Counted from the stretch's first letter, positions 9,505 through 19,983 are shown. The stretch: DNA of 64,000 nt from Alphaproteobacteria bacterium (GCA_964291285.2 OZ219789.1:256001-320000); one strand, 5' to 3'. Notes: a model not told the origin generated them from the letters alone. A program made the numbers and translations.

Positions 9505-10287
9505 CTATTGCAGCAGCTGGCGGATTCGATCTTGCCAGCTTTTGGTATGGATAATCCTGTGTCGATGTAGATTGCCCTGAAGGATTTCACCCTTTGTCAT
9601 TTGCGATAGCTGATGCCATTCGAGGTCGAAGACATAGGTGGCGTTATCGAGCATGCTGCTTTCCAGGACAGCAAGGCCCTTCGTCTTGAATATGTAGGCG
9701 ACATACGATCTGAAGCCTTGCTCGCCGATATAGACTTCGTCGGGCGAGGAGGAGGCAAGTGTCTCGTGGCGGAAGAGGACCGGGGCGGATTCGCGTGGAC
9801 TGCGGGATTCGAGAGTATCGATGACATGTTGGCGGACGCGGCTCAAAGGATGCTGGCCGGGGGGCAGGAGGGTCCAATTAACGTGGCGAATGGTGGGCGA
9901 TGGTTCGGGGTCGGGAAGCGCCGCCATTTCGTCTGGTTCAGGAGCGTTTTGGTATTGCTCGCCGATTGGGTCGGGGCTGGAAGGGCCGGTATATTCGAGC
10001 CAGGACGGGTCGATGTCCTCTTTGGTGAAGCGCTTTTTATCTAGGATGAGCGATACGAGGTGGCGGCGCTGGTCTCTGCATTCCGGTGAGGGGCAGATGG
10101 CGACGAGCCCCCAAGGATAGCGACCGTCGGCGGCCGCTTTGGTGTCATAGGCCTCGATGCGGAGCCAGCCCGGTTCGGCGTAGCATGGACTTCGGCAGAG
10201 AGAGCAGGACATGTGGCCCGACACGGTCTGCTTCCCGAGGAGGGACTCGATTTCATGCAGGCCGCGGGGACATTCCAATTTGCGCAT
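9505..10287 (-). CDS. Hypothetical protein: N-terminal Cys cluster plus conserved-looking C-terminal domain
   Basis: 260 aa ORF; CSLC...CPSPEC; C-terminal VNWTLLPPG...YIGEQGFRSY...LES...NATYVF...RIIH; co-oriented downstream of the RM gene. Confidence 0.75.
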   Translation of the reverse strand: MRKLECPRGLHEIESLLGKQTVSGHMSCSLCRSPCYAEPGWLRIEAYDTKAAADGRYPWGLVAICPSPECRDQRRHLVSLILDKKRFTKEDIDPSWLEYTGPSSPDPIGEQYQNAPEPDEMAALPDPEPSPTIRHVNWTLLPPGQHPLSRVRQHVIDTLESRSPRESAPVLFRHETLASSSPDEVYIGEQGFRSYVAYIFKTKGLAVLESSMLDNATYVFDLEWHQLSQMTKGEILQGNLHRHRIIHTKSWQDRIRQLLQ

Positions 10288-10363
10288 GTCGGAGGGGTCG
10301 ATTCGGGTGGGGGATAGAATAGTGTGCGGCTATGTGGGGAGCAATCAGGCGGCGGATTGGTTG

Positions 10364-13300
10364 CTAGGGGTCGGCGTGATCGGGAAGTATCTGGCGTACT
10401 GCGTCATCGATCTGGGCAAAGACGCCGCGTTCCTGGAGAAGATCGCGAATGCGATTGGACGTCGCAATTTGGCCAAGGCGTCCTTCTGCGGTTTCAATGA
10501 AGCGGCTTGCGATGGTTTCAGCGCGGGCGCAGAGGGCCGCGAGTTCCAGGTGAAGGGGGTCGTCTGGGTCGTAGCGGGGGATGGGAATGGCGCGCCAGGG
10601 GTTGTTGGTGAAGTGACGGCCACTGGTTCGGGAACCGACATAGGCGCGGTGTAGGGATGGAGCGTTGAGGAGTGCCACGAGAAAAGCGGCCTCGCCGGCG
10701 CTGGCTGCTGTGAAATAGTGGAGAGTGTGCTGGAGGATGATAGTGCCGGGAGGAATCCTGGCGGCTCGCATAATGTCTCCGGAAGTGGGGTGGAGGACCA
10801 ATGTCCGGTGTACGCGCTGGGGAACAAGCTGAACGGAGAGCCCGCCATTATAGTCGAGGCGTTCGATCAGGGTCTTCGGAGTGCTCCGGCCTTGTCCGCG
10901 GTGTTCCTGGTAGATGTGGTCGAGGTCCTGCCAGAAATCTGAATGGCGTTCGGGGACCGTCTCAAGAGTTCCGCGGGCGGTTGTTGGGATAATGGCCTTG
11001 GGAACCGCAGGATTGACCACGAAGGCGAAGAGTTCGTTGGACGTGAGGAGGTTACGAATCCATCGACGGCGGACGGTGCCCCTGTTGGTCGGCACCGTGT
11101 GCCAGGGTTTCTGTCTCGATGGCGCTGTTGTGACGGTTCGATAGCCTGCTCCGGCGCCTGGGAGGACGTCATGAATTACGCTCAGGACTTTTGGGGTGAT
11201 GGTGGCGCCCTGTCGAAAAAGGGGCGCGTTATTGTCATCAAGGAAAGAGGATGGGCGTTTGGGGAGAGGTCTTGGAGCCGGGCGGAAGGTGAGGAATTGA
11301 AGGGCCTCGGCGAACCCCATGTCGGCGGTGGGTTTGCTTTGCGGCGCTGTGACGACAATGCGAGGCGAGTTTCTCGGGACTAGGTTTCTGGACCGTCTTG
11401 TCTCGAACAGGACGCAGCAACGGCGGGCGTCGCCGGAACCGAATGGCTGGACGGCCTCAAGGTCGAATGATTGCGCGAGGAGCGATTGATGCCATTGGCG
11501 AAAGCGGGTCCAGCCGCCGCCTGTGAGGGCGGATTTCTTCACGATCCATGCGGCGGGATTACGCGCAGGCTCTGCAAGGTACAGTTCGCGGGCACGTTTC
11601 ACGAAGAGCTGGGCGATATCGAAATGCGGAGCGTCGCGGCCGCCCGTCCAGAGTTCCATGTCGCGGTCGGCGAAGTCTTCAAGGGCGCGCTTGCGATTCT
11701 CGACCTGAATTTCTGCCATGGAAACCCATGGGGGATTAGCGACGATACGGTTGACCTTCTGCTCTCTGAGACGGAGAGGTCCGGTCGTGTTGGAGATGTA
11801 CCAGGTCCAGACGGAGTTGCCTTCGCGTTCGATGATGGTGGTGAACGAGGCATGGCAGGCTTCCATGGCGGCGCGGTCCGGGAGGGGGACGCTCTGCGCA
11901 ATGTCGTCCGGAAGGGGTAGATGGTTCGCGGCGGCGTTGACAAGGCGCCGGAGGTTGTCCGCGAAGGCTGGCTGCTCAATGAAAGATCGAGGAAGCAGGA
12001 TTTCCCCGCCTCGTGGGGTGGATATGCGAATTTCGCCGTTTCGGGGGCGGAAGAGCGAGGACTCGTCGTCGGAGTTCACGAGCAGGGAGTCGCCTTCGTA
12101 GATCCGGATCGAGGATTTGCCGTCCGGCGGTTCGGCGGGAAGGGCCCGGAGCAGGGTGGCGCGGGAGATCTCGGCAGCGACAGGATGAACATCGATGCCG
12201 TTGACCAGGCGAGCGACGACCGCGGCCTTGCGGGGCGCGCTGTGGTCCGCGAGGAGAGGGCTGCGCAGGAGGCGTTGGGCAGCGAAATAAAGGAAGGTGC
12301 CGGAGCCGCAGGCGGGATCGAGAACGCCGACGCCGTCGAGTTCAGCGCGGCTGTTTTCGGCAGCTAATGCGGATCGGACGGCGGAGCGGCACCAGGCATC
12401 GTCGAGGACCTGTTCGACGAGAAGGGCGGCCAGCCAGTCTGGGGTATAGTACTCGCCGAATGCTTTGCGATCTTGCTCGCCGACGAAGCGTTCGTAGAGT
12501 GGTCGAAGAACGTCGCCGCGTTGGCGCCGCCATTCATATTCGTGGACCTGGTTCAGAAGATTCTGCGCCCAACGGCGTCCTCGGCCGGTGGCGAGTGTCC
12601 ATGACACGAATCCGTCGCCCAGGATGATGGCCGGGTCAGGGTCGGTAGCTGGCGTCGCGAGTGTATGGATGACGCCTCTGGCAAGGGCGACCAGGAAAGA
12701 GTGGGTGACGAAGAGGCGATGGCGCGCGGCGTCGCCTTCGGGTTCCATGCTGGAGGTTCGCAGCATTTCCAGCCAGAGCTGGGTCTTCGTGTCGGTCTCG
12801 GCGAGCTGGCGGCCTTGAAGACTCTCATAGATGTCTCGAAGGTTGTCGTGGGCCGGCTGAAAGATCGGGAGGGGGTTGGGCGGTATCCAAGGTCTGCCGA
12901 TCGGTTCGACGTCGAGAAGCGGGAGGATGCGGTGAAGGAGGTCGTTAGCGTCGCGAGGCCGGAACGAGTCGAGAGTGTGCTGGGCGATGGCGCCGCGGGC
13001 ATGGTCGTAACGCCATGCATGCCATATGCGGCCATCGGTGAGGATTCCGGTCCAGTGGCGGTCGGGTTGATCATCGAGCGGTAGGCGGTTCTGTTCGTCT
13101 TCCAGTTCGCTCAGGAGGTATCGCTCGAGTTGTTGGAACGGGGTCTCGTTGTTGTAGGTAGGCTGAGGTCGATGTGGGTCGTCGGCGAGGCCATCGGATT
13201 TGGTCTCGATGAATAGGCGACGGCGTGGAAGGTACAAGTCGGCTGGTCCCGCTGGGGTCCGATAGGTGATCCGGTTGTCGATATCAAAGGAGTCGAGGAG

Positions 13301-13399
13301 TCGGCCGATGTCCTGGCGGATGTTGTCTTCAGGGCGGTTGCGGGGAGCATTCAGAAGGCGCTGGGCGCTGGCGAGTTGGCTTTGAGTGGGTGGTGGCAT
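10364..13399 (-). CDS. Fused restriction-modification enzyme (type IIG-like; N6-adenine methyltransferase)
   Basis: GEYYTPDWLA, VLDPACGSGTFL, VANPPW; N-terminal AD...FIETK nuclease-like motif; 1011 aa. Confidence 0.88.
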   Translation of the reverse strand: MPPPTQSQLASAQRLLNAPRNRPEDNIRQDIGRLLDSFDIDNRITYRTPAGPADLYLPRRRLFIETKSDGLADDPHRPQPTYNNETPFQQLERYLLSELEDEQNRLPLDDQPDRHWTGILTDGRIWHAWRYDHARGAIAQHTLDSFRPRDANDLLHRILPLLDVEPIGRPWIPPNPLPIFQPAHDNLRDIYESLQGRQLAETDTKTQLWLEMLRTSSMEPEGDAARHRLFVTHSFLVALARGVIHTLATPATDPDPAIILGDGFVSWTLATGRGRRWAQNLLNQVHEYEWRRQRGDVLRPLYERFVGEQDRKAFGEYYTPDWLAALLVEQVLDDAWCRSAVRSALAAENSRAELDGVGVLDPACGSGTFLYFAAQRLLRSPLLADHSAPRKAAVVARLVNGIDVHPVAAEISRATLLRALPAEPPDGKSSIRIYEGDSLLVNSDDESSLFRPRNGEIRISTPRGGEILLPRSFIEQPAFADNLRRLVNAAANHLPLPDDIAQSVPLPDRAAMEACHASFTTIIEREGNSVWTWYISNTTGPLRLREQKVNRIVANPPWVSMAEIQVENRKRALEDFADRDMELWTGGRDAPHFDIAQLFVKRARELYLAEPARNPAAWIVKKSALTGGGWTRFRQWHQSLLAQSFDLEAVQPFGSGDARRCCVLFETRRSRNLVPRNSPRIVVTAPQSKPTADMGFAEALQFLTFRPAPRPLPKRPSSFLDDNNAPLFRQGATITPKVLSVIHDVLPGAGAGYRTVTTAPSRQKPWHTVPTNRGTVRRRWIRNLLTSNELFAFVVNPAVPKAIIPTTARGTLETVPERHSDFWQDLDHIYQEHRGQGRSTPKTLIERLDYNGGLSVQLVPQRVHRTLVLHPTSGDIMRAARIPPGTIILQHTLHYFTAASAGEAAFLVALLNAPSLHRAYVGSRTSGRHFTNNPWRAIPIPRYDPDDPLHLELAALCARAETIASRFIETAEGRLGQIATSNRIRDLLQERGVFAQIDDAVRQILPDHADP

Positions 13400-13509
13400 C
13401 GGCTGAATGTCCTGATTTGCACTGTCAACGTATAGCGGGGGGTTGGGCGGGCAGCAAAGTCGGCTTCAGGACTTGGGCGGCCGGAATTTTGAGAAAGAAG
13501 AGGTCGACA

Positions 13510-14295
13510 TTAGGTTCTGTGGACGGATTTGATCAAGATGAAGGCGGCGGCGAGGGCAACGAAAGAACTGAAGTTTGTGGCGGTCTTTTCGCAGCGCAGG
13601 GAGATGCATTTGAAGCGTTTCAGCTTGCCGACGGCCTGCTCGATACGGGCCTGTCCCCTGTAGAGCGCCCTTGCGAAGCGCTTTGGCCTGCTTTTGTTGT
13701 TTCTCCGGTAGGGAAAGACGGTCAGGGAGCCTCCTTTCCGGGCGAGTCGGCGGTTTCCGGCGCTGTCATAGCCCTTGTCGGCGACGATGGCGCGGGGCCG
13801 GACATCGGGGCCGATGTCCATCAGGGTCTCGAAATGCGGACTGTCGGCCGGCTCACCGCCGGTCAGGTCGAAGGCGATCAGCAGGCCGTCGAAATCGGTC
13901 TTCATCTGGATCTTGGTGCTGAAACCGCCCCGCGAGCGTCCAAGCGCCTGACCCCGCTGCCCCCTTTTGCGCCGGCCGCCGATACATGCGCGCGGGTCAC
14001 CGTCGAATCGAACATCTGAACCAGATGCGCCGTGCTGCTCAAATCCGCCAGCGTGGCGGAAAAGTCCTCGAACACCCCGGACCGGCTCAGACGGTGAAAA
14101 CGCCGCCATACCGTGTTCCAGTGTCCGAACCGCTCCGGCAGCGCCCGCCAGGTGATGTTGTGAACCGCAAAAAAAGTGCAGCGCCTCCAGAAACAGCCGG
14201 TCGTCCTTCGCCTTCGCGCCCCGTCTCGGAAGGCATAGCCGGAAAACCTCCAGCGCCACCTCCCAGTCTCCATCCGTCATCTTCGTCGACATCAA
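13510..14295 (-). pseudogene. IS5 transposase with an extra frameshift
   Basis: WRALPERFGHWNTV, LGRSRGGFSTK, ADKGYDS; an A7 run near 14169-14175 replaces AAAGAA of copy 2 and breaks orfA. Confidence 0.8.
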
Positions 14296-14388
14296 CGAAA
14301 CCCCCGAAGCGCCGACGCCTCATGATTCAGACAAATCCTTGTCCGGGAATCCCTGAACACCCCCCTGAGTCAATACATCCACAGGGCC
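13513..14388 (-). mobile_element. IS5-family element, copy 1
   Basis: Imperfect IR GGTTCTGTGGACGGATTTGA / GGCCCTGTGGATGTATTGA; TA on both flanks; 876 bp. Confidence 0.9.
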
Positions 14389-16673
14389 TAGGCACCCTGC
14401 TGTTGCTCCGTACTGGCTTGCCGCGGCGCCCAATGCTTCGAAGTGCGCATGTCGATCCAGTCGCAATGTAGTTCAAGACGGATTTCATCATCACCCTCGG
14501 GGACTATGAAACGCTTCAACGGCTTGGGTATTGGAAAGTAAAGACCACCGTATACTTCTTGTAGCAAGCGATCCAACTGGATCGCACCCTCAGCCCTGAC
14601 AGTACCTGCGATGTTGGCCGCCACCACTTCGTCAAGACGTATTTCGTACTGAAAAGCCGCACTCACAGCGTCTGAAACGACATATAGAATCTTGTTTCCG
14701 GCCCACACAACTCCGCGCCCCTCGCACTCCGGCAATAAATCGCCATACGCGCTAAAGGCCGTATCGGGCAGGCGAATATAGTAGCCTGCCAAGCTTGTAG
14801 TTCCCTGATCGTCAACGATCTGTAGTATCCGCGGATATCGCTTACCCGGCTGTGGGTTTGTTTCAGCTTGCGCGCCGCCAGTACCACCGACATTCACAAC
14901 CTCCACATCCGACCGAGTAAAGACTTGCCGGCGCCCTCCCTTATGCACCACCCCAATATCGTCCTTGAGGAGGACCCAAAGTTCGGACCGCCGCTTGGCA
15001 AGCAGTTCAAGATTAAGCGCCCCATCACCGAAAAACCGTGGGCTCCATTTCTTGAGCGAAGGTCCTAGGTACTCACGACAAAATGTACCGATTAAAGAAT
15101 ATAGGATTTGTGTGAACCCTAATTCCGTCAGCTTTGCGACTTCTTGATGCCGGACATCAACAAAGATATCTATGGCTTTGCTGCCGCCACGTTCCTTGAC
15201 GAATACCGGAATATCTTCGGTGAGCTTGCCGGCTATCAGCCGAAAATCCCTGACCTCGTAGGATTTCGAAATATTCAGTTCTAGTTCGCTCAGAAATACC
15301 TTTTCGAACCGGCTCAGCTCTTGGTAGTGCTCCACGCAGTCGATTATGCCGTCAAACGGTTTGGCATCGCAGAATTGTTCCAGATAACGCCGTTCCGCGT
15401 TTTGCCGCTGACGGTCGGAGGCGAGCAGGACCACCAGATGCCCGCGCGCCTGCATGATCTGATTCAACGCTTGCTTCTGCGCGACGCCGAAATACACACG
15501 GACTCCGCCCTGTTCTGCCCTCTGCCGAATGTAACCGAGTGAACTCTCCGACCCGTCCGCCAGCCGCACCTTTACGTTTCCGAGACGCTCAACTAGTCCG
15601 TTCCTGAGAATATAGCGGAATACCCTCGTGTGTTGTGCAATCCGCTCGGGCGTTTCCAAAACGGCCTCGATCGCGGCCTTCTCCAATGTGAGTACGATAC
15701 GTCCCAGGAGGCTGGTTGTTTCCGAGTCGAGGGAATCTCGCCCCGCCGTCGGGACGAACCGGTCACAATCAAGACGCCCCGAAGCGCCGATCGTACTGCC
15801 GATCTGAGTCGCACACAGTTTGAATCCTCGTTTAAACACGTCGATCAGACCGTTCTCGAAACGCAGATGCCCGGTCAGACCGATGGGCTCACCTCCGATT
15901 CCGAGCCCTTCGATCACAACCACAAGGGCATGTCCGCGATCTTCGAACATTCGCCCGGATATGGCCAGATCACCGTTCTGCCACTCTTGCGCCCCGGCTC
16001 CGACCTCGGAAAAGTTCTCACGGTCCTCAATTTCCGACAACCGACCCTGGGACACCTTCTGCCCATTGAAGTATATTGCCGTCGGCACGAACCGCACAAA
16101 ATCTCTGAGATAGCCGCGAAGCTGTTCAACGTCTGGCGGTAAACGCAAATGACCGGTTACCATCGTTCCGCGGGGTGCGACCAAGTCAGACTTTTCCATC
16201 GTTACTGATGGTATAGTTGTCCCGGCGGCGCGAATATCTTGTTCCGACAGTCGTGTCAAAGTGCCCTGAGAGGAGGTTTCATTCTGCGATATGACTTCCA
16301 GCACGTCGCACACCCCAAAATTTGCAAAGCCTCCAATACCGAAGGTGCCGACGCAGCCCGCCGCGACGGCTTCAGGATTTCTTTTTCCACTGGCTCCCAT
16401 CGTCCAGAAATAGTTTTGAACGTCGCCGGGCGACATTCCGATTCCATTGTCACGCACGACAATCGTCTGGTTCTCGACTGTGATATCGATCTTGTAGCGG
16501 GCGTCGTTCGTCTCCGCGCCATCGCGATGTGCTTGGATACGTATCGCATCCACCGCGTTCTGCACGTTTTCGCGCACGAATGCGAGAGGCGTTTCGTATA
16601 TCTGCTTCGAAATAATCCGCAGGACGCTCTCGAAATCGATCCCTGCCGGGAATGATGTATGTCCGTCACTCAC
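14388..16673 (-). CDS. HSP90-like GHKL (HATPase) ATP-binding protein with long uncharacterised C-terminus
   Basis: IYETPLAFVRENVQNAVDA, VRDNGIGMS, VGTFGIGGF Bergerat-fold motifs; 761 aa. Confidence 0.88.
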   Translation of the reverse strand: MSDGHTSFPAGIDFESVLRIISKQIYETPLAFVRENVQNAVDAIRIQAHRDGAETNDARYKIDITVENQTIVVRDNGIGMSPGDVQNYFWTMGASGKRNPEAVAAGCVGTFGIGGFANFGVCDVLEVISQNETSSQGTLTRLSEQDIRAAGTTIPSVTMEKSDLVAPRGTMVTGHLRLPPDVEQLRGYLRDFVRFVPTAIYFNGQKVSQGRLSEIEDRENFSEVGAGAQEWQNGDLAISGRMFEDRGHALVVVIEGLGIGGEPIGLTGHLRFENGLIDVFKRGFKLCATQIGSTIGASGRLDCDRFVPTAGRDSLDSETTSLLGRIVLTLEKAAIEAVLETPERIAQHTRVFRYILRNGLVERLGNVKVRLADGSESSLGYIRQRAEQGGVRVYFGVAQKQALNQIMQARGHLVVLLASDRQRQNAERRYLEQFCDAKPFDGIIDCVEHYQELSRFEKVFLSELELNISKSYEVRDFRLIAGKLTEDIPVFVKERGGSKAIDIFVDVRHQEVAKLTELGFTQILYSLIGTFCREYLGPSLKKWSPRFFGDGALNLELLAKRRSELWVLLKDDIGVVHKGGRRQVFTRSDVEVVNVGGTGGAQAETNPQPGKRYPRILQIVDDQGTTSLAGYYIRLPDTAFSAYGDLLPECEGRGVVWAGNKILYVVSDAVSAAFQYEIRLDEVVAANIAGTVRAEGAIQLDRLLQEVYGGLYFPIPKPLKRFIVPEGDDEIRLELHCDWIDMRTSKHWAPRQASTEQQQGA

Positions 16674-16674
16674 C

Positions 16675-17459
16675 CTAGGTCCTGTGGACGGATTTGATCA
16701 AGATGAAGGCAGCGGCGAGTGCGACGAAGGAGCTGAAGTTTGTGGCGGTCTTTTCGCAGCGCAGGGCGATGCGTTTGAAGCGTTTGAGCTTGCCGACGGC
16801 CTGTTCGATGCGCGCCCGTCCTCTGTAGAGCGCGCTTGCGAAGCGCTTTGGCCTGTTTTTGATGTTCTTCCGGTAGGGAATGACGGTCAGGGCGCCTCTT
16901 TTCCGGGCGAGTTGGCGGTTTCCGGCGCTGTCATAGCCCTTGTCGGCGACGATGGCGCGGGGCCGGACATCGGGGCCGATGTCCATCAGGGTCTCGAAAT
17001 GCGGACTGTCGGCTGCCTCGCCGCCGGTCAGGTCGAAGGCGATCGGCAGGCCGTCGAAATCGGTCTTCAGGTGGATTTTGGTGCTGAAACCGCCCCGCGA
17101 GCGTCCAAGCGCCTGACCCTGCTGCCCCCTTTTGCGCCGGCCGCCGATACATGCGCGCGGGTCACGGTCGAATCGAACATCTGAACCAGGTGCGCCGTGC
17201 TGCTCAAATCCGCCAGCGTGGCGAAAAAGTCCTCGAACACCCCTGAACGGCTCAGACGGTGAAAACGCCGCCATACCGTATTCCAGTGCCCGAACCGCTC
17301 CGGCAGCGCCCGCCAGGTGATGTTGTGAACCGCAAAGAAGTGCAGCGCCTCCAGAAACAGACGGTCGTCCTTCGCCTTCGCACCCCGCCTCGGAAGGCAA
17401 AGCCGGAAAACCTCCAGCGCAACCTCCCAGTCTCCATTCGTCATCTTCGTCGACATCAA
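16675..17459 (-). CDS. IS5 transposase, orfA/orfB joined by a probable programmed frameshift
   Basis: orfA 17067-17459 overlaps orfB; slippery GCAAAAGGGGG near 17125-17135; ADKGYDS and YRGRARIEQAVGKLKRFKRIA. Confidence 0.82.
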
Positions 17460-17552
17460 CGAAACCCCCGAATCGCCGACGCCTCATGATTCAGACAAAT
17501 CCTCGCACGGGAATCCCTGAACACGCTCCTGAGTCAATACGTCCACAGGGCC
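16678..17552 (-). mobile_element. IS5-family element, copy 2
   Basis: Same IRs as copy 1, TA on both flanks, 875 bp. Confidence 0.9.
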
Positions 17553-19333
17553 TAGCGTCTTTCCGCTGTTTCAGCTTCTAGTTGCTTCCTAAAGTCTTTG
17601 TCACCTGTCGCTTCGACGATTCTCTGACCGATTTCCGAAAAATACTCCCGTTTATCCGGAAACTGTTTCAATCCGCCAAGGACTACTTCTTTCGCCTCAT
17701 CATTGTTTCCTCTATCTGCGAGTAGAATAGATAGATTCGCTGCATCACTGAACTCCGCCAACTCCGTATTTGCGATGGATTGATACAGCTCTATAGCTTC
17801 ATCCCTTTCGCTCAACTCTTCTGAGTTCGCCAGACTCCGTGCCTTCATTCTCATAGCTAGGGTACGCATTCCCGGGTCATGCGATCCCGTATGGCGTTCT
17901 GCTTGCTCCCGTAACTGGATCCAGTCTTCTTCAGCCGCCAGCTCCGCCAGCAACATACTCGTATGCGAAAACGCCTTTGCGGGCCTCGCCGCCGCCAGCG
18001 CCCGTGCATCTCCTTCCTGTGCCTCCAGTCGATCACGAAGCTTCGCGTCTCCCTCGCAAAGTTGATGCAGTTCCGCGTCATATGCCGCCACCAAGTCGCC
18101 ATATCGAGCGAATATCTCCGCGAGCGGTACATGCTTATAGAGCACACGCAATACGTTTCGAAAACTCAGAAATGCTTCCGTCTTCTGCTTCAGATCGATG
18201 TCGGGCAATCCTTGCAAAACAGCAAATGAGGCAAAGGAATACCCGTTTTCAACCGGGATTACGACGTCTGCCTTCTGCTCAAGTATAAGAGGAGACAAGT
18301 AGTATGAATGACTTGAGGTGCAAGAATCATAGGTAAGCATTGCCTGAGCCAATTCGCCCACATTACAGATGTCCGTGGGTATGACTTCGATCCGGTATTC
18401 TCTTACTGACTCGCTCGAAAATAAACCGGATGATGGTTTGTATTGAAATACTTCGACCTGGCGTGCCGCCCGCAAAAGATCCAACGTCACGAATGAGTAG
18501 CTGTTGTGCGACTGCCGGGTCTCGAAAGAGGCGCCTGCAGCAAGTGTCAAACAACCCATTCCCTGTACACCTGTTACCCGTGCTTCGGGCTCATGCAGGT
18601 GCCCGCAATGCAAAAAGTGGCAAGTTTCTTCAATCCGATTCATCGCAGTTCTACGGTCAAAATCTTGCAACAAATGCAAGGGGTGATGTGTCATCGCTAT
18701 CACAATATGCACCGGGTCATTGCCTTGCTGCGCAAGATTGCAACCGCCAATCACCTGCCTTTCACCAACAAGCAGCTTACCCTGATCGTCAGGCCCGCCG
18801 TGAGCGAGCCACGCGGAATCCAACCCAATAACCGCGAACCTGACATCCTCGATCGTGAGCCACGACACATAACCCAGACCGTCATCCGTCGGTATACGCT
18901 CCTGTTTCGAAAAATAGTCCTGCTGGAAACGCCTGTAATTCTCTTGGCGCTGAAGCAGAGTTGCTAGATCCTCGCCCCCTGCTAGGATCGCATCCACGCT
19001 GCTTGGATCGCGCAGAGTGGCGCGAGCGCCGCTGAAGCAAAGGCGCTGTCGGTCACGATCAATGTCATGATTGCCGGGAATGCAATATACCCGTTCCTTC
19101 TCGACGCGCGATGCGGAGCACAGCTCATCGAAGAATGTAGAGGCCAACGCATATTCCTCAGACTTTCCAGAAAATGCGATGTCACCCGTCAGCAAAATAA
19201 AGTCCGCTGTCGTCCCTCGGGCACGTTGGTCCTTGATCCGCTCGCACATCGCCGTCAGTACAACGTCCTGAGACCACTCAGCGCTTTCGCTCAGGTGAAT
19301 GTCCGAAATGTGTAGCCAACTGATGGGACGCAC
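17552..19333 (-). CDS. Calcineurin-like metallophosphoesterase with helical/TPR-like C-terminus
   Basis: WLHISDIH, LTGDIA, IPGNHD, THHP, CGHLH; GTG start 1 nt after an upstream TGA. Confidence 0.88.
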   Translation of the reverse strand: MRPISWLHISDIHLSESAEWSQDVVLTAMCERIKDQRARGTTADFILLTGDIAFSGKSEEYALASTFFDELCSASRVEKERVYCIPGNHDIDRDRQRLCFSGARATLRDPSSVDAILAGGEDLATLLQRQENYRRFQQDYFSKQERIPTDDGLGYVSWLTIEDVRFAVIGLDSAWLAHGGPDDQGKLLVGERQVIGGCNLAQQGNDPVHIVIAMTHHPLHLLQDFDRRTAMNRIEETCHFLHCGHLHEPEARVTGVQGMGCLTLAAGASFETRQSHNSYSFVTLDLLRAARQVEVFQYKPSSGLFSSESVREYRIEVIPTDICNVGELAQAMLTYDSCTSSHSYYLSPLILEQKADVVIPVENGYSFASFAVLQGLPDIDLKQKTEAFLSFRNVLRVLYKHVPLAEIFARYGDLVAAYDAELHQLCEGDAKLRDRLEAQEGDARALAAARPAKAFSHTSMLLAELAAEEDWIQLREQAERHTGSHDPGMRTLAMRMKARSLANSEELSERDEAIELYQSIANTELAEFSDAANLSILLADRGNNDEAKEVVLGGLKQFPDKREYFSEIGQRIVEATGDKDFRKQLEAETAERR

Positions 19334-19334
19334 C

Positions 19335-19512
19335 TCAGCTGGCCTCTTCCCAAAGCAACCTTGCGTCCCAGCAACCCCCAATGGCTCCAAGCAAGTCTAA
19401 GTGCAGCGACGCACGCGACTCTACGGTCCTCAACGGTTCATCAACGATAAACAGCAATGTGTCGTGCCGGGCGATGTGCTCGTCTGTTCCCAACAGCTGC
19501 CCGTCAATCATC
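19335..19512 (-). pseudogene. Probable 3' remnant of an upstream operon gene
   Basis: Frame DGQLLGTDEHIARHDTLLFIVDEPLRTVESRASLHLDLLGAIGGCWDARLLWEEAS* ends 1 nt before the phosphoesterase start; no convincing 5' part. Confidence 0.4.
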
Positions 19513-19698
19513 TTGCTGCTTGTTTTGGAAGGTCGGGGGTGGCGCAGACGGTGGCCGTGCATCAAACCGTTATGACGGCTGGATTTCTTGCGAGATGCCG
19601 TTCGCGTCGAAACGGGCGGTGTCTTCGAGCGGCAATCGGCCGAATTCATCATGCGGCCCCTCCTGTCCCCGCTTGACCCCGAGCGCCGGGCACGCCGG

Positions 19699-19983
19699 TC
19701 ACGACCCGCCTGCGTTCACGGCATCCCGCAACGGCTTGCCGGCCTTGAAGGTCGGTGCGGTCGAGGCGGGGATTTCCATGCTCTCTCCGGTCCTCGGATT
19801 GCGCGCCGTACGCGCCGGGCGCGCCCTGGTTTCGAAGGTGCCAAATCCAAGGATTCGCACGTCCTCGCCATTTGCCAGGGCTTCACCGATCACCTCGAAC
19901 AGGCCTTCCACCGCATTCTTCGCAGCGGCTTTCGTCATTCCCGCCCGGTCCGCGAGGCGCTCGCCCAGCTCCGACTTGTTCAT
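19699..19983 (-). CDS. hupB: HU family DNA-binding protein
   Basis: MNKSEL...VRILGFGTF...ARTARNPRTGE...PTFKAGKPLRDAVN. Confidence 0.93.
   Translation of the reverse strand: MNKSELGERLADRAGMTKAAAKNAVEGLFEVIGEALANGEDVRILGFGTFETRARPARTARNPRTGESMEIPASTAPTFKAGKPLRDAVNAGGS

Noticed and set aside
13466-13510. Short ORF MSTSSFSKFRPPKS overlapping the reconstructed ATPase stop (TAATG)
   Set aside because: Only 14 codons; it could be a truncated further operon gene but cannot be supported.
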